Source: Trichomonas gallinae
Taxonomy: Eukaryota
Reading direction: 5' to 3'
Length of the DNA stretch: 38,951 bases
NCBI GenBank assembly: GCA_008369845.1
Contig: MRSU01002409.1
Location: forward strand, 1-38,951
Shown here in pieces: positions 31,515-38,951 of this stretch (position 1 is its first letter; each line of letters opens with the position of its first letter). Position numbers and translations under genes: made by a program. The notes below the pieces were generated by a model, which worked only from the letters and a program-made list of their open reading frames with translations, was not told the DNA's origin and searched no databases.

Positions 31515-32903
31515 ATGGACGGTGTCATTGACGCGCTCATACACGATAACGTGGAAATGCTCAAAGAAGAGGCCCCAGAAGGCTTCTTTTTGTTGCCTCC
31601 ACCATCACAACTCGATGAAATTTTCCACCACAGACCAACACTAGTTGCTTTTGTTGCATACTACGGGTCATACAACTGCCTAATGTATATGAAGGGTACA
31701 GGCTGTTCACTCACAAACTGTGATGAATTAGGACTTGATGCAATTCATTTTGCAGCAGCTAACAATAAGTCGTATATTGTCGAAACGATGTGCGATTTAT
31801 ACGATCAGAAACTTAACCAGGATAATGAATTGCGAACATCTCTTCATATTGCCGTACAATTTAATTCTCGCGAAACTGTTAAGTCCTTAATCGAAAGAGA
31901 TGCAGACGTAAATGCAAAGGATATAGATGGTTTTACCCCATTGCACTATGCAAACGATATATCTATCGCTCAGATTTTACTCGAAAATGATGCTAACATA
32001 AATGCACGCAGCAATGACAGTGCAACTCCACTTTGCATGGCTGCAAAGCGTGGAAATAATCTTTTAGTTGGCTACTTGATCAGTTGCGGAGCTAGATTAA
32101 AGATCAAAACACGTAATTCATGGAGCATCTTTCATTTTGCAGCAATGGGTGGCGATGTTAAGACTATACGTTTGATATACAAGAATTTTAAAGAAATTTC
32201 AACTATTGACCGTAATGGTAGATCACCACTCCATTATTCAGCAGAACAAGGAGATGCTTTATCAACATTCTACTTTATCAAACATGGATGTGATCCAAAT
32301 CTCCAAGATCAACAAGGAATGACACCAATGCTTTTTGCCGCATCAGAAGGAAACATTGCAGCAGCAAAAGTCCTGATCAATCATGGTGCTGATGTAAGAG
32401 TTACAGATACTGTTGGTAGAAATTGCATTCATTTTGCAGCTTTATCGAACAATTCTGATGTTGTTCAATTTTTCTCAAAATACTTGCCAGTTGACAGCGA
32501 AACACTTCATGGAGCTCTTCCAATCCATGTTGCAGCAGCTGCAGACTCTGATATGGCTGTTAAAGAATTATCAGATAAAAATTATATTGACCGCGACTCA
32601 TTCTACGGCAAGACACCACTTGCAGTTGCCACAGAACATGGGTCGACATCTGTCATCAGAATGCTTGTCAAACTCGGTGCATCAGTCTCATCACATGATA
32701 GATCAGGATATACACCGATTGATAAAGCGATAATTGGTGCGCGCGAAGAAGCTTATGAGATTCTTTCAGATGCTGGAGCTACACCTTCTCCACTCTGGTC
32801 CAGAAAATCTTCTCGTTCTTCATCCCAGGCATCATCACCAATATCTTCTCCAATATTGAGAAATCGTATCTACCAGCAACCAATCGGCGCTTTCTCAGAA
32901 TAA
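31515..32903 (+). CDS. Ankyrin repeat protein (~11-12 repeats, Ser-rich tail)
   Basis: Repeated TPLH/SPLH/TPLC/TPML...G.D.N motifs, e.g. ADVNAKDIDGFTPLHYA and GRSPLHYSAEQG. Confidence 0.95.
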   Translation: MDGVIDALIHDNVEMLKEEAPEGFFLLPPPSQLDEIFHHRPTLVAFVAYYGSYNCLMYMKGTGCSLTNCDELGLDAIHFAAANNKSYIVETMCDLYDQKLNQDNELRTSLHIAVQFNSRETVKSLIERDADVNAKDIDGFTPLHYANDISIAQILLENDANINARSNDSATPLCMAAKRGNNLLVGYLISCGARLKIKTRNSWSIFHFAAMGGDVKTIRLIYKNFKEISTIDRNGRSPLHYSAEQGDALSTFYFIKHGCDPNLQDQQGMTPMLFAASEGNIAAAKVLINHGADVRVTDTVGRNCIHFAALSNNSDVVQFFSKYLPVDSETLHGALPIHVAAAADSDMAVKELSDKNYIDRDSFYGKTPLAVATEHGSTSVIRMLVKLGASVSSHDRSGYTPIDKAIIGAREEAYEILSDAGATPSPLWSRKSSRSSSQASSPISSPILRNRIYQQPIGAFSE

Positions 32904-33395
32904 TCAATTAAATCGTGTTTGTTTTTCGTAAATAATTATGTTTTGAAATTTCATTCTTTTTATATTGATTATCTAAGTTAAACATATGACAAATGAATGC
33001 GAAATAGTTATAAACCATTTGCTTTCTCTATAAAACAATAATTTAGAAAAATTATAAAATATTTTTGTCATATTAATGGAAAAATAGAAAAAACTTTATT
33101 AAGAAAGTCGTAAAATGAAGTTTAGATGATTGTTTTGGTTGTAAAACATGCATGTTTCCTTGATTGATCTATTCGGATAAAAATATGATTAAAAAGAAGC
33201 CAGGATCAATGATAGCATAAATAATAAACAGTTTAGAATGATAAAATAACAATTTGGAGGTGATTTAAAAAGTGCAAATATTGAAATCCTTGTTTTTGTA
33301 AATGAAAATACATTCGTAATGATTTTGAAGATGTAGTATTGATATTGAAAGGAAGAGTATGAATATAATAAACCTTGAATAAAAATGAAATCGAA

Positions 33396-33974
33396 TTAAC
33401 AGAAACATTTCTTTGATTTCGTTTCTAATGTATCAATGTTGACTGCTGGCGGAGTTTTCTTCTGGAACAAAGCTGTATCTATTGCATATTCAAATGCTTC
33501 TTTGACATTTTCACCAGTTTTAGCGCTGACTGGGAAAAACTTCATAGAATTCTTTTCACAGAGTTCCTCGACAATTGAACGTTCAATTTGGATCTCATTT
33601 TGTATATCAAATTTATTACCTACGACAATGAATGGAAATGTATCGATATTTTCAATTCCAGCGCTATTTATAACACTCTCCTTCCAGTTTTTAACGTTTT
33701 TGAAAGTTTCTAAAGAAGTAAAATCGAAAACTAAAATACAAGCGTCTGCTCCTCGATAATGCGTTGCTGCAATAGATTTAAACCTCTCTGTACCAGCTGT
33801 ATCCCAAATATTCGCTTCTACATCAACGTCTTGTCTTGTCAGGACTTTGGTTGTGATGTCAGTTGCCAATGTTGCCTTGAAATCGTTTCTGTATTCATCT
33901 GAGATGTATCTGTGAATAAGTGTCGTCTTGCCGACGCAAGAATCGCCGAGAAGAATGATTTTAACCTTTCTCAT
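33396..33974 (-). CDS. Rab family small GTPase, Rab7-like, divergent
   Basis: GDSCVGKT (P-loop), FKATLATD, WDTAGTERF, YRGADACILVFD, FPFIVVGNKFD, VSAKTG and C-terminal CFC (CXC prenylation motif). Confidence 0.93.
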   Translation of the reverse strand: MRKVKIILLGDSCVGKTTLIHRYISDEYRNDFKATLATDITTKVLTRQDVDVEANIWDTAGTERFKSIAATHYRGADACILVFDFTSLETFKNVKNWKESVINSAGIENIDTFPFIVVGNKFDIQNEIQIERSIVEELCEKNSMKFFPVSAKTGENVKEAFEYAIDTALFQKKTPPAVNIDTLETKSKKCFC

Positions 33975-34299
33975 GTTTGTGACACTTTTTAAAAATAATC
34001 ATTTTCGATTTCATTTTGTTATACAATAGCAGCGTGTTTTTCACTAAAAAGTCGACTTGTAAAATGAGGGGGTGGATCCTTTCTCCCCTTTTTATTTTTC
34101 AATCTGTTGACACTCGATTTCACATGCAAATATATCATATATAGCTTATAGTAAAGCGAAATATCAACAAATTGCGTCAAAAATATCAGAATTTAATTTC
34201 CTGAAATTGAAATTCTTGAGGTTTTGGTGCATATCTATCCACAAACAGACAGATACAATCTGTATATATTATTCCCTTTGCTTAAAATGAATAATATAT

Positions 34300-35110
34300 C
34301 AATATTTTGTTTGCAAAATTTGATATCTTTCAACATATGCTGAAACTCAACAAGATACTTTAAATTATCCTATATGATTGAATAAGCTTTATTTTATTTG
34401 AGAAATAGATATATTACCTTACGTTCGTTATAAATATCAAAGAATCTAAGGATAAACAACAAATATGGTGCTATAGTAGAGTAAATAGTTTAGATAACAA
34501 ATGGTGCTAGCTTATTTGTAATAATAGATTTCGGCCACATGGATATTGACTTATTACTTGAGGCAATCAGTTTTCAAACTTAATTATATCCATAAATTTC
34601 AATAATGATTGAATTGTCTTCTTATTATCTATTTTGGAAAATTTCAGATTATGAAAATCTGAAATCTACATTAATAGCGCAATTTAATAGCTTATTTCAA
34701 TAGTAGTGCAAATTTCAAATTATATTTGATTGATGCAATATGCTCATAGTGTTTAAATCATTGCGATTTTTGACCCAACTGTTAAAATCATGCAAATTAT
34801 CGGAACTAAGATAAATAAAGTAATAAACAATAGCACATATATCAACACTCTAACGATGAGATGCCAATGCTCATGAAAAATCATAATTCTTTCAATTATT
34901 TGTCACCTCTCAAAATATTGAAACTGTTTTGCATGTTTAATATAACTATATACACCATGGCGATTAGCTAAAACGCGTTAAGATCAACAAAAAGTGGGAA
35001 ATTACGGGTTATCAATTCCATAAAAAAGCTGATAATGAGAATACCATTATTACACATTATCACACACATTTACAAAGCGAACGAAGCTGATTATAAAAAA
35101 AGGTTAATTT
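34300..35110 (+). pseudogene. Degenerate ankyrin-repeat remnant
   Basis: Plus-strand fragments YGAIVE, NGAS, FGHMDI, NSSANFK, LIDAI, ETVLH, HHG and KADNENT..LH, spread over shifting frames. Confidence 0.45.
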
Positions 35111-35281
35111 TTCAAATAACTTTCTGAATTTTTGAGAACAGAAATAGCACGTTAGAGTGATTGAAAAATAACTCGATTATTCTGTTCTATACACTTTTAA
35201 AAAACAATATTTTCACGTTTTTGTGAAAATAAAAAAACCTGATTCAGACAACACATTGAAAATTTAGCATATTTTTTATTA

Positions 35282-35464
35282 ATGTCATCCTGCACTGATT
35301 ATTGCGAGATCGTTAAGCTGCACATGGTCATCAATGATGAAAATGATGAAAGCGGGGAGGCACAGGCTCTTAATATCATTAATTTAAGGTATATGTATGA
35401 AGCATTCTCAGATGCTGATGAATATAACTCTTCAGACGATGAATTCAGTGAAACAATGCTGTAA
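35282..35464 (+). CDS. 60-aa acidic micro-protein (hypothetical)
   Basis: ATG after a T-rich leader, coding-like GC content and a D/E-rich C-terminus. Confidence 0.55.
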   Translation: MSSCTDYCEIVKLHMVINDENDESGEAQALNIINLRYMYEAFSDADEYNSSDDEFSETML

Positions 35465-35835
35465 CTAGATATCAAAAATTACACAAATTAAGGTCATTAC
35501 ACTAGATTATTGTTTTCTCAAATATATTTTTTACCGATACCAATGCCAACTGTTTCGCAAAAACCCATTTTTATATTATTGTTTGTTATTCTACCATGTT
35601 ATTATTATTTGTTTCTTTCTATTAAATTAATTTTATTTCTTTTTTCTTTAGTTTGGAAACGTTCAAATGCATTTATAAGAGGAGTGCAATTATTCTACAA
35701 AAGGTTATGAGTCTGTTTGAATTAAAATTGAGAATTAATAATATTTTCGGGTTTTCGCAACTGAGATAAGCATTTATTTATGAAAACAAAGCGAATAAAC
35801 GAATAAAAAGAGAATTAAGGATTTTTGATGATTTG

Positions 35836-35848
35836 TCACTTTTCATTT
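35836..35848 (+). promoter_or_regulatory. Tandem Inr elements (TCACTT, TCATTT)
   Basis: Two Inr consensus matches at 35836 and 35843, immediately before ATG 35851. Confidence 0.65.
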
Positions 35849-35850
35849 TA

Positions 35851-36603
35851 ATGGATAAAAAACTGAGCAATTTTCAGATAACAGGCGTCGTTTATGACCG
35901 TCTCCTTGAGAACGTCAGACCGGATATTCTCCCGCAAATGCAGCAAATTTTGTATGATTTCATTACAGGAGTTATCCCCTATGATATAGCTTGCCAGAAA
36001 TCTATTGCGACATGCGGCAATTGCGAGGCTATTGACAAACTCATGATATTCATGAATGTATCCGAAGAACCAATACCTTTCGACAAAGATAACCAACAAA
36101 AGGCGAAATCATGGTCACAGTACGAAGATCAACGTTTGATTGCTGGTGTGCACAAGTTTGGAACATCAGAATGGTCAAAAGTTTCTCAATTTGTTGGAAA
36201 TGGAAGAAATAGATGCCAATGTGGCCAAAGGTGGTCTAGATCATTAAATCCTACTATCAATAAGACCTTATGGAACCAAATTGAAGATTTAAAGCTCATT
36301 CATGCTGTTAATCAGTATGGAGACAAATCTTGGACAAAAATTGCTGATATTGTTAAGGGAAGATCGGATTTGCAGTGTAAGTATAGATATCAACTAATTT
36401 CCAAGAAATATTTATCAGACTTATCATTCCAGAAAAATTTGCTTCAAAAAGCAGAAGTTAAGAAAGAGGTACCAGAAACCCCAATAGTGCAACAGAAGCC
36501 AATATTTAAGGAGTATCCAGCACCAGAAATGGAATCTGATGATACATTGAAATTCCTTGATTGGATTGAAGAAACTCCAACAGAGCCAGTGTACTATTTT
36601 TGA
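35851..36603 (+). CDS. R2R3 Myb-like DNA-binding protein
   Basis: WSQYEDQRL...W..V...VGNGRNRCQCGQRW...LNP and WNQIEDLKL..AV..YG..SWTKIA..V.GRSDLQCKYRY. The first ATG is at 35851. Confidence 0.95.
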   Translation: MDKKLSNFQITGVVYDRLLENVRPDILPQMQQILYDFITGVIPYDIACQKSIATCGNCEAIDKLMIFMNVSEEPIPFDKDNQQKAKSWSQYEDQRLIAGVHKFGTSEWSKVSQFVGNGRNRCQCGQRWSRSLNPTINKTLWNQIEDLKLIHAVNQYGDKSWTKIADIVKGRSDLQCKYRYQLISKKYLSDLSFQKNLLQKAEVKKEVPETPIVQQKPIFKEYPAPEMESDDTLKFLDWIEETPTEPVYYF

Positions 36604-37117
36604 TTATTTTTTTGCTGATTGTTTGTATAATTAATTAATGAAAACGAATTTGACAAATTTTTCTGATTAATTTCCATTTCAAGGCAAGAAACTTAGACAG
36701 TTGTTTTCATTTACTTTGTATTCATGTAAATTTTAATTCTGTAATGCTTATCTCAAGACGTTTTTCAATATTTCGAACATTCAGAATATAATTAAATTGG
36801 TAACTAGATACTGATAAACTACATGAATATTTATTGATTTATAGAAGCCAAAAGCTTTTTGTTTAATATTAATTTTTGAATGAAAAATATTTTCTGCAAT
36901 AATCATTTTAGAGCTATTTATAACTTAAATCTCCAAAATTTTATGTAAATCCAAGCTCTCATATGAAAAGTATAGATATCAAACGCAAAAACATAATATT
37001 TTAGTTAATGAAGCATGTTTCAAAGGAAATTACGCTTATTCTACTGTTATATAAAGATTTAATAAAGGTTGTAATAATTTTGATGTTAAAAAAACATTTT
37101 TTGCAAAATAGGTTTAG

Positions 37118-37164
37118 TTTACTTGTCAAATACATTATGTAAATATTCAAATCTGACAAGTAAA
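37118..37164. repeat. Perfect 11-bp inverted repeat TTTACTTGTCA / TGACAAGTAAA with 25-bp spacer
   Basis: Arms at 37118-37128 and 37154-37164 (13 of 14 positions match when extended inward), about 60 nt upstream of ATG 37227. Confidence 0.75.
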
Positions 37165-37226
37165 ATATTGAAAAAATACGTTTTTAAAAATTATTGGCAC
37201 TTTTTTTGATTTGAGATTTTAAAAAT

Positions 37227-38570
37227 ATGTCCAACGGAGTTCTCAATCAACCTGAGCGAGTTCTCCGCAGGATATTCGAGCTTGTCAACCAGACGAGGGC
37301 CAAATATGGTCTGCAATCCCTTATATTTAGCAAAGAGCTCTCTTTTCTCGCTGGCACACATTCTATTGATATGTCAAGACGTGATGTACCTATTGGCCAC
37401 TCGAACTATCAAATAAGGGAGTCGCAGGTTCCCCTCGCGCTAGCATTCTCGGAAAATATCGCATCTTGTGATCCTTGTGATGATCCAGGAAAGACAATTA
37501 TGCTCACATGGCTTAAAAAAGCAACTAGTTTTTCGCGTATACAAGGAGATTACACACATACAGGAATCGGAGTTGCAGAAAATGCGAATGGAAATTGGTT
37601 TTGTACGCAAATATTCGCTACATTTAAATCCAAGATATCGAAAAAGGACGCAATATTAATATCTGGCAGATTTGTCAATTCATTTCGAAGAAAAAATCAA
37701 TTAAATCCACTGATTATGACAATTTCGCCAGCATCAATCCTTTTGGGTCTTAAAAAACAAAAGACAACTGCAATGACACAATTATCAGCATCATCAGTTA
37801 AAAATTTATTCGAAGAATGCGTAGAAGCTGATTTTATTTATGAATCTATTCCAAAAACCGAAATTCCGCCAATTGAGGATTTTCTTAAGATTGTACAAGA
37901 CAGCAAAACATACACGAAAGTTATTCTCAATGAATTTACTCATGTTTCGTTTTTATATGATTCAATTAGTGAAAAAGAAGTTGGATGCGCTTTGCTTTTA
38001 GCAAACTGCAATTTTGTTAAAATTAAAATACCGAAAAATTACTTAGCATGTCCGTTTGCCTGCAAAATTTTGCAATATTTAAATGATTATAGAAAATACA
38101 AAGGTTTAAAGCCAATTATTATCTCATTGCAATGGTGTGAAATAGCCCAGAGATATTGCGACAAACTGATTAAGAAAGACACTGATATGGAAACAAGAAA
38201 AATTTCATCAAAAATTCATCGAATGTTTCCATCATCTAGAGTCAATGTTGGCGTATATTTGATTCCATGGACGCTTGATCCAATACAAGAAATCTTTTTG
38301 ATGTGGGTTTCTCACCCTATTACAAAACAAATCATTTTAGACGAAGAATTCAACACTCTAGGCTTTGGATTAACAGCAGAATCAAATCTATTTGTATATA
38401 CCACAAGGATTATTGGCTATAAAGAGGTTTCTGCCGATAAATTGAATGATGAATATTATGCAACAAAAGGAAGGAAAGAATTCAAGCTAGGAAACCTTAC
38501 TTCTGATGAAGATGATGAGGGATATGGTGGATCTTTTGTTCAAATGCCTAATTTTAACGTATTTAATTAA
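37227..38570 (+). CDS. CAP/SCP-domain protein with three tandem CAP-like units
   Basis: FELVNQTRAKYGLQSL...A..HS.DM...GH...SENIA...W...HTGIGVA...WFCTQIF, then RFVNSFRRKNQLNPL and LQYLNDYRKYKGLKPI...W.SHP....IL...FN.LGFG. Confidence 0.88.
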   Translation: MSNGVLNQPERVLRRIFELVNQTRAKYGLQSLIFSKELSFLAGTHSIDMSRRDVPIGHSNYQIRESQVPLALAFSENIASCDPCDDPGKTIMLTWLKKATSFSRIQGDYTHTGIGVAENANGNWFCTQIFATFKSKISKKDAILISGRFVNSFRRKNQLNPLIMTISPASILLGLKKQKTTAMTQLSASSVKNLFEECVEADFIYESIPKTEIPPIEDFLKIVQDSKTYTKVILNEFTHVSFLYDSISEKEVGCALLLANCNFVKIKIPKNYLACPFACKILQYLNDYRKYKGLKPIIISLQWCEIAQRYCDKLIKKDTDMETRKISSKIHRMFPSSRVNVGVYLIPWTLDPIQEIFLMWVSHPITKQIILDEEFNTLGFGLTAESNLFVYTTRIIGYKEVSADKLNDEYYATKGRKEFKLGNLTSDEDDEGYGGSFVQMPNFNVFN

Positions 38571-38951
38571 TCAATTTTGCGCTTTTTCTGTTTTTTATCA
38601 TGAATGTATACTAAATATTTTGTTATTTTTGTCTGTTAAATGTATATCTTTATTTAAAAGCACTATATCTAGATAATATAAATTTTTCATTTAAATTTAG
38701 TGAGTTACGCATTTTGTAAGTTAGAAATGTAATGAGAAAAAGTTATACACACCGAATTTCCTTGCAATTTATATATTTACCCGTAAATTATTTTGTTGTC
38801 AAAGGTATGGAAACTAATAACCTTATTTTAACGGACGAATGTTGATGGTGCAAAAGTTTTACACAACACAAATAGTTGGCGACTAACAGTACACCAGTGA
38901 GAGTCATAAGGTAAAGTATTATTTTAACTAAGGTTGAGAAAGGAGTAAGTA

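Noticed and set aside
34066..34093. GC-rich AGGGG...CCCCT followed by a T run (looks like an intrinsic terminator)
   Set aside because: Eukaryotic context, a weak stem, and a position upstream of the Rab gene. At most a promoter element.
9742..36603. Possible functional cluster of regulators (CTD phosphatase, deneddylase, Ubl, Cdc25, Rab, Myb)
   Set aside because: Mixed orientations, separate promoters, and all belong to large expanded families, so co-location is expected by chance.
38882..38897. ACTAACAGTACACCAG resembling a trichomonad intron branch/3' splice motif
   Set aside because: The spacing differs from ACTAACACACAG, and there is no matching 5' splice site or exon frame.

Overview
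AT-rich eukaryotic genomic DNA with densely spaced, apparently intronless genes in the standard code. Short 5' leaders with TCA(C/T)(T/A) initiator elements, TAAA polyadenylation signals fused to stop codons, and the gene families present (R2R3 Myb, BEACH, ankyrin, BspA-like LRR remnants, divergent Rab, calpain-like protease) point to a trichomonad (Parabasalia, Trichomonas-like). This taxonomy is an inference. About 20 protein-coding genes can be supported: a GPH/SLC45-type sugar transporter, a calpain-like protease, two ankyrin proteins, a CTD (NIF/FCP1-like) phosphatase, a SENP8/NEDP1-like C48 protease, a 2374-aa BEACH protein, a ubiquitin-like-domain protein, a Cdc25-type phosphatase, a Rab7-like GTPase, a Myb factor, a triple-CAP protein, several coiled-coil or hypothetical proteins and micro-proteins. 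The first ~80 bp look like the end of a DNA transposon. I found no operon-like novel system, CRISPR array or RNA gene. The most notable signals are: (i) many intergenic spacers appear to be fossil ankyrin or BspA-like pseudogene fragments; (ii) a recurrent TGACAWGTAAA promoter-proximal motif, once as an inverted pair; (iii) a five-copy AAAAGTGA array; and (iv) non-canonical catalytic residues or architectures in the calpain, Rab, BEACH and CAP proteins.
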